NCBI GenBank assembly: GCA_965223265.1
Contig: OZ244999.1
Coordinates: 4,091,822-4,155,821, forward strand
Reading direction: 5' to 3'
Source of the DNA: Planctomycetota bacterium
GTDB lineage: Bacteria > Planctomycetota > UBA8108 > SXIK01
DNA length: 64,000 bases
Shown: one piece after another, positions 47,119-57,057 of the stretch
How the letters are laid out: each line of letters opens with the position of its first letter
Numbering within the stretch: the first letter of the stretch is position 1
The notes under the pieces: generated by a model
Told to the model about the DNA's origin: nothing
Databases searched by the model: none
What the model saw: only the letters and a program-made list of their open reading frames with translations
Program-made: the position numbers and the translations under genes

Positions 47119-47688
47119 ATGAAGTTCGACGACGCGCGCCGACTGATGGAGGAATGGACGGAGAGCCCCGCTCTGCGAGTTCATATGGAGTGTGTCGCGC
47201 TCTGCATGCGAGCCTACGCCAAGCACTTCGCTCCTGACGAAGAGGAGCGCTGGTCGGTCACCGGCATTCTCCACGACTTCGACTACGAAAAGCACCCATC
47301 CGTGGAGGAGCACCCTCTCGTCGGAGTAACACACCTGCGCGGGCTCGGCGTCGACGAAGGCATCTGCACGGCGATTCTCGGCCACGCCGAGTACACCGGG
47401 ACGCCGCGGGAAACGCCAATGGCTAAGACGCTCTTCGCTGTGGATGAACTCGCCGGATTCATCGTTGCGTGCGCGAAGGTGCGACCGCAAGGTATCGCAG
47501 ACCTTCAGAGCAAGTCCGTCAAGAAGAAGCTCAAGGACAAATCCTTCGCTGCCGCAGTCAATCGCAACGATATTCGCGTCGGCACTGAAGAGCTTGGAGT
47601 CGACCCAGCGGCTCACATCCAAACGTGTATCGACGCGATACGCGTCGATGGAGAAAAGCTTGGGCTGCTGCCACCCACCTCAGCGTGA
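47119..47688 (+). CDS. HD-domain metal-dependent phosphohydrolase
   Basis: H...HD...H...D pattern (ILHDFDYEKH, ILGHAEY) typical of the HD superfamily. 189 aa. Confidence 0.8.
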   Translation: MKFDDARRLMEEWTESPALRVHMECVALCMRAYAKHFAPDEEERWSVTGILHDFDYEKHPSVEEHPLVGVTHLRGLGVDEGICTAILGHAEYTGTPRETPMAKTLFAVDELAGFIVACAKVRPQGIADLQSKSVKKKLKDKSFAAAVNRNDIRVGTEELGVDPAAHIQTCIDAIRVDGEKLGLLPPTSA

Positions 47689-47739
47689 GTCGCAGACCGC
47701 CGAGGCGCTCACACACTGGCAACGAGTACGCCACAGTCC

Positions 47740-50700
47740 TCAATCGCACGGCGCGTATGACGCGCAATCGAGCGCATCCGCGGTGAGATCGCGACCGCAA
47801 AACGGAAACGGGGGCGCGATTCCAGCTTCGCCGCCGAAGAGATGCAGCAGGACCCTGATCGGATCGGAGACGGTCAAACGCCCGTCATCGTCAACGTCTG
47901 TGGACTTGAGACAACTCGGGATGAGGCCATCGCGAAAAAGGAACTCGAGCGCGTAAATCGCATCGGCGAGTTGTATGTCGCCATCAGCGTTGGCGTCGCT
48001 GCGGCGAAATCGGACATCTATCGCAGTGTCCGTGAGCCGCTGAAACGCGTTCACTTCAACCGCCGCGATGACCTGAAAGTCGCTGTCGAGATAGGCCGCG
48101 GCCGGGTTCGGCATGATCGGCGGCTCGGGTGCGGCGAGTTCAATTGCCCGCACCGGTCGTTCAACGAGCGCCAAATCGATCGGCGGATCAAAGACGATGA
48201 GATACTTCACGAAAGTATTGTGACGAAATGACGCATAGACGAGATTCCAGTAGTCCGCCACACGCAGATACGCTGATTCCGCAGCGACTTCGGCGGCGAC
48301 CAAGCTTGCCGGTCCGGTGCGACTTGGGTCTGGGCTAGGGATCGAGCGCTCTCGCAACCTCAGGCTCGTGCCATCCGCGAGTTCGGCCTCGATCGCCCAG
48401 AGGTCGAGAAGTTCGTAGGTGCACGACGAATACGCCACGCGCAGTGCGGCATCGCCGTCCGAGAATCCGGTCATGAAAAGCTCGTCGGTGATGAACTCTT
48501 CGTCAAGGATGACCTCACCGCGCTGCGGAACGCCGCCGGCAGCGCTAAACTCGACGTCGTCCAGGGTCACGACGAATGTTTCCCCGGCCGTACCTGGCAA
48601 GCTGAAGCGCTGCTCGTAGGTAAAACGATAAAGTGTCTCGCCGCCCGCACCGGGCCGTTTCGTCGCGCGCATTCGCCCGCGGCCGAGCGGCGTCGCTGTC
48701 ACCTGCGCAGGCCCAATCAGCACTTCGTCGATCAGGTCTAAACTGATCGATCCGGTCCGCCCGGCAAGCTCGAAGGTACCTGCACGCAGTCGTACGCGGC
48801 TCTTCGACGCCAGTCCGACCAAAGGGTCTTCTTCCGGAGCATTGACGTCGAGGACACCGCAGACGCTCGTCTCAGCGGGAATCTCCAGGACAAACATCGG
48901 CGTCGGTTGCCGCTCGGAGGTCAAGAGGAATGGCCGCACCTGCTTGACCGCCAGATCGCCGCTTGCTTCGATCTTGAACTCAAGGTCGAGCAAGACGTCG
49001 TCACGATCATGTTCGCCAAGAACGACGGGGAAATTCTGGTCCATGTGCCACATGACGGCGCCGAGCTCGCGGAGCGCCGCGTCGGTCATGACCAACGCAT
49101 CGCTCTCCACGAGCGTCGAACGCGTGGCGCGGATGATCTCCACGACCTCGCCGTCGACCACGTCGAGGAGCGTTTTCTCCGGCAACACGCCGGGTTCGGG
49201 ACTGACGACACTCTCCTCGCCAACTTGTGCTGTGACGACAAAGCGCCGGTCGTCAGGGTTCGCCGGGTCGCCAGTGAACGCGACGCCGTTGACCCGCTCG
49301 TCGAGGAAGGCGCGATTGACCAGAATGCCCATCGCGGCACTCGCCTGGGGAATCTGAAAAAAGGCGCGCTCTTCGTGGGCACGAAAAGTCCACAGGCTTG
49401 TCCACACCTTCTTGAGCGCACGCTCAAGCGTACGCTCGTTCGATTTGCTCGCGTCACAAAGCGATGGTCCCTCGTCATCACCGTCGAGCTGATCGGCTAG
49501 GCACGCTCCCGTGGACTCGTAGAGGCCAGCGCCGTTGAACTCGAGTAGGTCCTCGACGTTCGACGACGAGCGAAAACGGATCGATGTAGTCGCAGAAAAA
49601 ACTTCTTCGATACGGCTCCGCAGCAAAGCCAGAAGCTCGGGTGAAACCACGCCGGTGTCGCGCGCGACGTCGCGAAACGCCTGCAGCGCTTCAAAGCGCC
49701 GTCGTGAATCCGTTTGAAAATCCTCGAGCGTTGCGAGCTCGGTAAGAAACTCCTCGTACGAGACCTGACGGCCCGGATCGACCGGCGATGCCGTCCGGTT
49801 CCCCCGCATGAACTCCGTGTAGTAGCGTACGGGGATCGCGAAGCCTTTCTCGCGGTAGTCGGCAAACACTCCATCGAGAATCGTCTGCAGACGCGCGAGA
49901 TTGCTCGCCTTGCCGCCAAAGCGGGACTCCGGCAAGCCGCCCAGATCGAAGTCGGTGAGACGGTCCAGCGCTGCGTAGTTCGCGTCGAACGGCGGCAGGG
50001 CTGGCAACTGCGGTCGGTTCTCCTGCCAAAACGCCTCGGCGTCGGACAAATCCGCCGGGCTGACCTCGAACGAACTCTCGGTCACCTCGAGGCGGATCAA
50101 CTGATCGTCGAAAGGCGAGAAGCGTGCGCGCGCGTCCGCGACGAACGCGTTTGGCGTTCGTCGGCGCGCGGTGCGTACGGCAACGTGGCTCAAGGTTCCT
50201 TGTCGAGAACCGGTGATGACGCCGCCGACCACTCCCTCGATGTCACGAGGTGCTTCGTCGATGACGAGGACATCCTGAAACGTGAAAGCACCCGCTGCGT
50301 TCGCCGCCTCGAACTCCTCGAGCGTCAGCACCCTCACGCGCCCGAAACCGACTCCCGTCGTGTAAGCCTCAAAGTCGACAGCAGGGCCGGTATCGATGTC
50401 CAGAAGCACCTCAAATCCTGGATTCAACCAGCTTTCGGCGGTCTCTCGCGCAATCGGCGTATCCGGTAGATACGCAAGCGGCTGCAAGCTGATCGACTCG
50501 CGCAGGCGGTCGTACACATCCTTGACCTCAGCGACACCCAGCGCTTCGGACGCGCCGCTCCCGGTGTCAGCAACGACAGTAAAGGCATACACAAATGCGC
50601 CATCCGAGCGCAGTCGCTTGAGCGAACCGACATAGTAGTCGCGCGTCGCTCGGAGGCCAACCAATCGGTTGTACTCGGCTGGCCCCAGCGCCGGGAAGCG

Positions 50701-53160
50701 TTCAGGAAACACGCTAGCGAGGAAATCCTGATGCAGCTGGAAACGATGCGTGTTTTGGAAGGCCGTCGTCAGCAGCGCAGCATCGTCTCGCGCCGGAAGC
50801 ACGAACTTCGTTTCGCGCTCGCCCACAGCGCGTCGACGAGACGGGACGGCGACGCTGCGAAAATCGTTTTGCGTGCAGAGGCGAGGCAGGAAGTCGACAG
50901 TCGCAGGAAACTCCGTCGCGTTGTGCGACACGATGAGTTGGTTGTCCTGTCGATTCATGACGAGAAGATCGATCTTGCCGTCCTGATCGATGTCTTCGGA
51001 GACAGCGTACCGCGGCCCACTGCTGACCGCGCTGATCTGAACGGCTTCGACGAACGCATGAAGCGGTTCGGCAAACGTGCCATCGCCCCGGTTGACGAAA
51101 AGCGCCAGGCCGAGCGAGATTTCGTTCGACGTGACGAGGTCAAGGTGCCCATCTCCGTTGTAGTCTCCGGAGGTCATGGAGTACGGCAACTGCCGCACCG
51201 GATAGGTCCGCACAGTCTCGAATCGCAGCCCGCCGCGATTCTCCACCACCGCCATTTCTTGTTCGTTTTGGTTCGATGCCGCCAGGTCGTCGTCACCGTC
51301 GCCGTCCCAATCGCCCGCGACGACGAAGCTCGTACGCCCGAACGTCTCAATCGAACCAACGTGCTCGAAGGACGCGGAACCGTCGTTCGCCAGGATCTCC
51401 AGTTTGCCGGCTCCATTCGCGGCGACGAGGTCAAGGTCATGGTCGGCATCAAAGTCGCGTGCAACGACGCCCAGGAAGCGCCCCGGGATTCTGATGATGT
51501 CGACGCGCGGAAACGTGCCATCGCCGGCGTTGTGCAAAATCGTCACCGACGCGCCGCTGTCGGCGGTGATCACTTCGGGCCGTTCGTCACCGTTTAAATC
51601 GGCAGCGATGGCGTAAAACGGATCCACCCCACCAATGTAGTAGGCGCTCGATTCAAAGGTGCCGTCCGCATAGTTCAGCATGATCTCGGTGCGCCTGTCG
51701 TTCAAAAACGGCGACGCCACGTCGATGCTCCCGTTGCCGTCGAAATCGGCGGTCACGATAGAATTCGGATAGCCGTCGGCCGGTCGCGTCGCAGCCACCG
51801 AAAAAGCGCCTCTCCCGTCGTTGAGCAAGTAACAGGTAATGAACGCCCCGCCATGCCCGAACACGACGTCGAGGTCGCCGTCCTGATCGAGGTCGGCCAG
51901 CGATGGCGGCGAGTGCGGACGACTACCGCCTTCGTAAATGCGACTCACAAAACTTAACGCGCGGCCGTTCATCAGCATGCCGATCGAATCCGGGACTCGC
52001 TTCGCGACGCCAACGTCGATCGCCCCGTCGCCGTTCAGGTCGCCCGTTGCCACCCAGACCGCTTCTCCCTCCACGGCCACGTCGCGGCGCGCTTGAAAGC
52101 TGCCGTCGCCGCGGTTGACGAGCACGGCGACGGAGCGCGGTTCAGTTCCCACGATGACGTCCGTCGAACGATCGGAGTTGATATCGCCGACGCCGATGCA
52201 GCGGCCTTGAATCGCGAACGTTGCGTGCTCCTCCAAACGCCGTTCGGAACGGCTCGCGGTGAGCACGACCACGCCTTCCGCTGCCATCAAGGCGATGTCG
52301 TCGACCGAGTCGCCCGACACGTCCGCAACGGCAAACGTACGTGGATTCCCAACCGCCACAGACGCCGCGGTCTCTTCAAACCCGGCGTCTTCGCTTCCCC
52401 AAAGGACCGTGACGCCTGACGGCAGCAGGGCGGCGACGTCCTGCAGGCCATCCGCATCAAAGTCGCCACACGCGAGCGCCGCGATGTCCCCCACCATGTC
52501 GCGGGCCGCTAGCGGCGGTTCGAAAGTGCGTCCTTCGACGCCGCGAGCGACAAACAGCGCCTCGGATCCAAACCGCGCCAAGAGAAGGTCCTTGATGCCG
52601 TCGCGATCAACATCCGTGACCGCCACGGTCCGGGCGCCCTCAAAAGCGAACGAATCTGGCGTCCGTGGAAAGCTGCGTTCGCCGTCGTTCCACAAAATGA
52701 ACACCGCGTTCGGTTCCACATTGACGACGTCGAGAAACCCGTTGCCGTCGAGGTCGGCGACAACGAGGTCGATCGTGTCGGCACCGAGGCGACGGTAGGT
52801 CGGAGTTCCGACCACACCGTCCTCGTCTTGAAAAAAAATCCCGATCGTCGAACCCGCAGGACCGAGCGCGGCACTCATGAGATCGCTACGGCCGTCGCCG
52901 TCGAAGTCATGAACTGCGACGCGACGCGGGATGCCGCGCTGCTTCAGTCCGGGCACCGTCAAACCGAGCTCGAGCATGCCGAGCTCGCACTCGTCGGGTA
53001 CGCCGTCACCGTTACAGTCCTCGCTCGCGCTCGTGGCAAGGTCCATAGCGTCGTCGACACGGTTGCCGTTACAGTCAACGGCAGTCACAAACTCGACAGA
53101 GGCGAAAACGAACGTCGCCACAAGGACGTGGAGCGCCGCACAACGCGCTGATTCTTGCAT
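47740..53160 (-). CDS. Giant secreted multidomain protein B (~1806 aa), paralog of 16356..21797 with the same architecture
   Basis: Signal MQESARCAALHVLVATFVFASVEFVTA with GGAG Shine-Dalgarno sequence before the ATG at 53160. DCNGNRVDD / EDCNGDGVPDECE. FG-GAP repeats. GGVITGSRQGTLSHVAVRTARRRTPNAFV. GGKASNLARLQ, IRFRSSSNVEDLLEFNGAGLYES, KKVWTSLWTFRAHEER. C-terminal RRSDANADGDIQLADAIYALEFLF...DVDDDGRLTVSDPIRVLLHLF. Confidence 0.85.
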   Translation of the reverse strand: MQESARCAALHVLVATFVFASVEFVTAVDCNGNRVDDAMDLATSASEDCNGDGVPDECELGMLELGLTVPGLKQRGIPRRVAVHDFDGDGRSDLMSAALGPAGSTIGIFFQDEDGVVGTPTYRRLGADTIDLVVADLDGNGFLDVVNVEPNAVFILWNDGERSFPRTPDSFAFEGARTVAVTDVDRDGIKDLLLARFGSEALFVARGVEGRTFEPPLAARDMVGDIAALACGDFDADGLQDVAALLPSGVTVLWGSEDAGFEETAASVAVGNPRTFAVADVSGDSVDDIALMAAEGVVVLTASRSERRLEEHATFAIQGRCIGVGDINSDRSTDVIVGTEPRSVAVLVNRGDGSFQARRDVAVEGEAVWVATGDLNGDGAIDVGVAKRVPDSIGMLMNGRALSFVSRIYEGGSRPHSPPSLADLDQDGDLDVVFGHGGAFITCYLLNDGRGAFSVAATRPADGYPNSIVTADFDGNGSIDVASPFLNDRRTEIMLNYADGTFESSAYYIGGVDPFYAIAADLNGDERPEVITADSGASVTILHNAGDGTFPRVDIIRIPGRFLGVVARDFDADHDLDLVAANGAGKLEILANDGSASFEHVGSIETFGRTSFVVAGDWDGDGDDDLAASNQNEQEMAVVENRGGLRFETVRTYPVRQLPYSMTSGDYNGDGHLDLVTSNEISLGLALFVNRGDGTFAEPLHAFVEAVQISAVSSGPRYAVSEDIDQDGKIDLLVMNRQDNQLIVSHNATEFPATVDFLPRLCTQNDFRSVAVPSRRRAVGERETKFVLPARDDAALLTTAFQNTHRFQLHQDFLASVFPERFPALGPAEYNRLVGLRATRDYYVGSLKRLRSDGAFVYAFTVVADTGSGASEALGVAEVKDVYDRLRESISLQPLAYLPDTPIARETAESWLNPGFEVLLDIDTGPAVDFEAYTTGVGFGRVRVLTLEEFEAANAAGAFTFQDVLVIDEAPRDIEGVVGGVITGSRQGTLSHVAVRTARRRTPNAFVADARARFSPFDDQLIRLEVTESSFEVSPADLSDAEAFWQENRPQLPALPPFDANYAALDRLTDFDLGGLPESRFGGKASNLARLQTILDGVFADYREKGFAIPVRYYTEFMRGNRTASPVDPGRQVSYEEFLTELATLEDFQTDSRRRFEALQAFRDVARDTGVVSPELLALLRSRIEEVFSATTSIRFRSSSNVEDLLEFNGAGLYESTGACLADQLDGDDEGPSLCDASKSNERTLERALKKVWTSLWTFRAHEERAFFQIPQASAAMGILVNRAFLDERVNGVAFTGDPANPDDRRFVVTAQVGEESVVSPEPGVLPEKTLLDVVDGEVVEIIRATRSTLVESDALVMTDAALRELGAVMWHMDQNFPVVLGEHDRDDVLLDLEFKIEASGDLAVKQVRPFLLTSERQPTPMFVLEIPAETSVCGVLDVNAPEEDPLVGLASKSRVRLRAGTFELAGRTGSISLDLIDEVLIGPAQVTATPLGRGRMRATKRPGAGGETLYRFTYEQRFSLPGTAGETFVVTLDDVEFSAAGGVPQRGEVILDEEFITDELFMTGFSDGDAALRVAYSSCTYELLDLWAIEAELADGTSLRLRERSIPSPDPSRTGPASLVAAEVAAESAYLRVADYWNLVYASFRHNTFVKYLIVFDPPIDLALVERPVRAIELAAPEPPIMPNPAAAYLDSDFQVIAAVEVNAFQRLTDTAIDVRFRRSDANADGDIQLADAIYALEFLFRDGLIPSCLKSTDVDDDGRLTVSDPIRVLLHLFGGEAGIAPPFPFCGRDLTADALDCASYAPCD

Positions 53161-53424
53161 ACTCACTCCGCGAACAACCTCGGCTAGTCTCACCGCACAC
53201 AATTGTAACGGACGCCTCGGCGATTCAGCTCACTGTTCGTCGAGAAACATCGACGTACGCAGCCGAACGTTCCGTCTCCACCTGAAGGAGACTGGGAGAC
53301 ACCGTACACCTCAGTCGCGATCAAAGATTATTCGATCGTCCGAAGTCCTCGCTTCCCGTAGCATGAAGGCGAAGCGCTCGCGAGCCATCAGCGCTCGGAA
53401 CACTCGAGTCTATCAGGTAGCTCC

Positions 53425-54186
53425 ATGACATTTAGCAAACGCCTCGCGCAGGAGTACGCCGAGGACGGCTTCGTCACAGCCGTCGAGGTCTTCCCTGAGG
53501 ATGAGATTCGCGAGTATCGCCGCGCCTTCGACGCGCTCGAGGCGCGGGAAGGCAAGGAGCGCTGCCAAATTGGCATCATGGGACGCCACTTTGAGGAGGA
53601 GTTTATTTGGCGCATGGCCACGCAGCGGCGGCTCCTCGACCTCATGGAGGCGCTTGTCGGCGAGGATCTGGTCCTGCTGTCGACCCACTTCTTCTGTAAG
53701 TACCCTGACAAGGAGGCGACGAAGTTCGTCGCTTGGCACCAAGACGTCACCTACTGGGGCCTCGAACCGCCGACGGCGCACACCGCGTGGATCGCCATCG
53801 ACGACGCTGACGAGGAAAACGGCTGCATGTTGGTTCTCCCGGGTTCGCACAAGCGAGGAATCGTCCAGCATGGCACGTCGGCGCGCAGTGGCAACCTCCT
53901 CAGCATCAACCAGGAAATTCCGGCCGCTGAGATCGACGAGCGGCAAGCGGTCTGCCTCCCACTCAAGGCCGGGCAAGCGTCGGTCCACGACGGGCAGCTC
54001 TTTCACGCCAGTCGACCGAACCGCTCCACACGCCGGCGCTGCGGCATGACGGTTCGATTCATTCCACCGAACGCGCGCCAAGTGAGCCCTAACTCCGTTG
54101 GTGAGCCGTGGCGTCCGATTCTCGTTCGCGGCAGGGACCGTTACGGCTATCACGGCACGGTGGAGCCTCCGTTCCTACTGTCATAG
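53425..54186 (+). CDS. Phytanoyl-CoA dioxygenase (PhyH) family Fe(II)/2-oxoglutarate oxygenase
   Basis: WHQDVTYW, LPGSHKRG and H...SRPN motifs typical of PhyH-family dioxygenases. 253 aa. Confidence 0.8.
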   Translation: MTFSKRLAQEYAEDGFVTAVEVFPEDEIREYRRAFDALEAREGKERCQIGIMGRHFEEEFIWRMATQRRLLDLMEALVGEDLVLLSTHFFCKYPDKEATKFVAWHQDVTYWGLEPPTAHTAWIAIDDADEENGCMLVLPGSHKRGIVQHGTSARSGNLLSINQEIPAAEIDERQAVCLPLKAGQASVHDGQLFHASRPNRSTRRRCGMTVRFIPPNARQVSPNSVGEPWRPILVRGRDRYGYHGTVEPPFLLS

Positions 54187-54280
54187 CACGGTCACTGCGC
54201 CACGTCCCAGCCCCAAAAAAACGCAGGGTGTACCGTCAAGCACACCCTGCTGCCTCACGTCAAACCTCGTTCATTTAGCG

Positions 54281-55144
54281 TCAGTTACAACCTTGGTGCG
54301 CATCTTCCGAGATTTCGTTGGGGCCGATCGACGCGCTCCAGGGTCCAGCGTCAGCGCACTGGTCGTTGTCGGGATTGCCATCGATGAAGATGTCTGGGTC
54401 CAGTGACAGCACGGCGCGGAAAGAGACTGACGGCGGCGCTTCGTACAGCGGCCACGATCTGTCGTAAGAAACCTGTAGACTCGCGCCCACGTCTAACTCC
54501 GTGAAGTCGAGACGTGCGACCTCCCGCGGACTTGAACCCGACACCTCTTCGTAAAGTATGAAACTCTGCTGCCCAGGGCGCGAACGAAACGGTGCGGCAC
54601 CAATGTTGAGTAAGTCCGCGGTGACGCGGATCGCGGCGAAGTCGGCGAAGCATTGAGTGCTGCGGACGATGATTCCACTGACTTCGAGCGCCGGACATCC
54701 CGCGGGACCGCATTCACTCTCGAGCGCACAGGTGAGTCCATCCGGGGTGGGGTCGAATCCGCAATCACCCACTGGGGGTGGTAAGACCGGTGAACCGAGA
54801 AACAGAAAGCCGAGCAAAGCGAGCGGGTCGGAGATGTCGAGGATACCGTCGTCATTGGCGTCGGCCGCATCGAAACAGCCGCGGGCGGGGGAACCCGCTA
54901 CGAAGAGAAAATTGAGCGTGAAGAGCGCGTCCGACACATCGGCGTCGCCGTCACGGTTAGCGTCGCCGCGCTCAAAGGAATGATTCAGCAGTCCACCATC
55001 GGGGAGAGGCCCGATGTCTGGAATTTCGATTGGCGGCTCGAAAATGCCAGGATCGAAGATCTGCGCACTCAGTGACGGGAACACGAAAGCAGCGAAGAGA
55101 AGAACGGCGGCGAGGAAACGCGGGTGCGAGGGGGAGTGACGCAT
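54281..55144 (-). CDS. Secreted protein with N-terminal dockerin-like domain and an unknown C-terminal beta domain
   Basis: Signal MRHSPSHPRFLAAVLLFAAFVFPSLSA. ERGDANRDGDADVSDALFTLNFLF...DANDDGILDISDPLALLGFLF. ORF opens at 55357; the Met at 55144 was chosen. Confidence 0.65.
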   Translation of the reverse strand: MRHSPSHPRFLAAVLLFAAFVFPSLSAQIFDPGIFEPPIEIPDIGPLPDGGLLNHSFERGDANRDGDADVSDALFTLNFLFVAGSPARGCFDAADANDDGILDISDPLALLGFLFLGSPVLPPPVGDCGFDPTPDGLTCALESECGPAGCPALEVSGIIVRSTQCFADFAAIRVTADLLNIGAAPFRSRPGQQSFILYEEVSGSSPREVARLDFTELDVGASLQVSYDRSWPLYEAPPSVSFRAVLSLDPDIFIDGNPDNDQCADAGPWSASIGPNEISEDAHQGCN

Positions 55145-55447
55145 GAGCTGTGTCCTTTCCGTCTGGTTGGGTTTTCCTGACACGTCGCCGCTGCGACGTT
55201 CACTCCTCCAGGGACACGGGGCGGCGCATCTGTAACGCGGTTTCTTTGTTTTTCCGTCGCGGCCGCGGCAAACGCTACAGTCGGAACGCTGCATTCGATG
55301 GCACAACGACTTACGCCGTCCACCTGGGGGCGAGCAGGCACGCCCGTGCCAGCTCACCGCAGCCTCGAAGGCCGCCGCCCCTGCCGCGAGGCTGCGTCAA
55401 GCCGCCCTGGAGTGGGTGAGGCGGAGGTCCTTGTCTGTCAGCCTCGA

Positions 55448-56719
55448 TCACTCTCCCGCAGGCCGCTTCACGCCAAGCTCAGCGAGAAGCTGGATCGCGG
55501 CTTCGTAGTCGCCGTCGAGCTTGAGTGCCTCTTGGGCATGCACGATCGCCTTCTGCTTGCGGTCGCCGAGAAGCGAGTAGGCCCAGGCTAGAAAGTAGTG
55601 ATTGCGGGCGTCGGTCGAGTCGATCTCGACCGCTTGTTCGAGGAGCGAAGTCGCCTTCTCGTAGCGTTGACGCGCCTCGTCGCCGTCGCCACCAGCAAGG
55701 ATCAGGGTGCGCGCGTACGTGCGAAGAACGCGATCGCGGCGTGACGACTGACGCGGCGTTTTCTCGAGCACTTTTTCGAACAGCACCTCGGCCTCGTCGC
55801 CGTAGCCGCGCTGTGAGAGGTGCTCAGCGTGCCCAGTCATGGCGATGGTGCCGCAGGGATCTGCGGCGACGACGCGGTCGAACGCCCTCCGAGCCGCCGC
55901 GGGCTTCTCCGTCCTGCTGATGACCAGCGCCATGTAGAGGTTGGCGTCCGGAGCCGCCGGGTCGATCTCTAGTGCTCGCTCAAGATATTGACTGGCGCGC
56001 TCAAAACGTTCACTTTTGACTTCGACGTCGACGCCGCCGTATGTCAATCGTCCGAGCGCCTCCAAGCTACGGGCGTGATGTGGATAGAGACGTACGGCGC
56101 GACGATAGGCGGCGTGTGCGGCGTGCGCATCACCACCGCGCTCGAACTCCTGTCCTGCGTTGAACTCCTCTTCAGCGTCGACCCAACCGCCGCGAAGCTC
56201 TCTGGTCTCTTCCTTCGACGCGGGCCGATGGGCCACGTCGGCATGGCCGCAGGGAGAACTCCACAACTGCTCACGTCGCTCGCGCGCGAAGGCGGACGCG
56301 TGAGCCGCTGACGCATAGTGGTGACGCGACGAAGCCGCGTCAGGCCTCAGGACCTGAAGGTGGCCCAGTTCCTGCAGGAATACGCCGTAGAGCATAAAAC
56401 GACGCACCGCACTCGCTGGCCAATTACGGCCGGCGAGTGCGCCAAAGGACTCTGCCTCCTGATCGGACGCAAGATACGGTGTCAGGTCAAGACGGTGCGG
56501 CAAAGCGCAGAGATGAACTTCCGTCCGCTCCGGCCCGGTCGCCAGACCGAGACGCCGGTCGTCGCCGATTTGCCGCCGGAGAACCACCCGTTTGAGACGT
56601 TCCCAATCCGACGCGTGAAGGCGCGAGAGGACGACACGGAGGTCGGCCTCCTCGACGAAATGCCGGAGGTGACCGTCGGTCGGCTCGCGAACAAAATCGA
56701 TGCGGTCGATGTTCTGCAT
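55448..56719 (-). CDS. TPR-repeat protein (N-terminal unknown domain + C-terminal TPR array)
   Basis: C-terminal half shows repeated 34-aa helical TPR-like units (AHAAYRRAVRLYPHHARSLEALGRL; ASQYLERALEIDPAAPDANLYMALV; ...AWAYSLLGDRKQKAIVHAQEALKLD). Start taken at the Met at 56719. Confidence 0.65.
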   Translation of the reverse strand: MQNIDRIDFVREPTDGHLRHFVEEADLRVVLSRLHASDWERLKRVVLRRQIGDDRRLGLATGPERTEVHLCALPHRLDLTPYLASDQEAESFGALAGRNWPASAVRRFMLYGVFLQELGHLQVLRPDAASSRHHYASAAHASAFARERREQLWSSPCGHADVAHRPASKEETRELRGGWVDAEEEFNAGQEFERGGDAHAAHAAYRRAVRLYPHHARSLEALGRLTYGGVDVEVKSERFERASQYLERALEIDPAAPDANLYMALVISRTEKPAAARRAFDRVVAADPCGTIAMTGHAEHLSQRGYGDEAEVLFEKVLEKTPRQSSRRDRVLRTYARTLILAGGDGDEARQRYEKATSLLEQAVEIDSTDARNHYFLAWAYSLLGDRKQKAIVHAQEALKLDGDYEAAIQLLAELGVKRPAGE

Positions 56720-57057
56720 CGAGCGTAATCCATGCCACCGTGGAGAACGTGATGAAAACGAGCGTAACGCATCTGAGAGGGCACCGCAAACACGCCCCCA
56801 AGAGAGAAATAGAGTAAGATCGTGTCGCCTTCTCAGCCCTTGGGATGGCAAGAGCGGCAGAACCGGCCGCGGTGCGGCGTTCGATCGGTGCGGGTGACCG
56901 TGCACATGAATTGAGTTGTTTTCTCTCGCGGCGGCTAAGTAGGATGACTCTCCCAATTGAATCGACGGTTCTGCAGAGATAGCAGCGGCCGAATCGGCTT
57001 CGCGTCGTCGACGCGACAGACGACTTGCGCAGCCTCACGACACACAGGAGGTGGGTG

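Noticed and set aside
53413-54153. 246-aa minus-strand ORF
   Set aside because: Antisense to the PhyH dioxygenase gene, which has clear family motifs on the plus strand.
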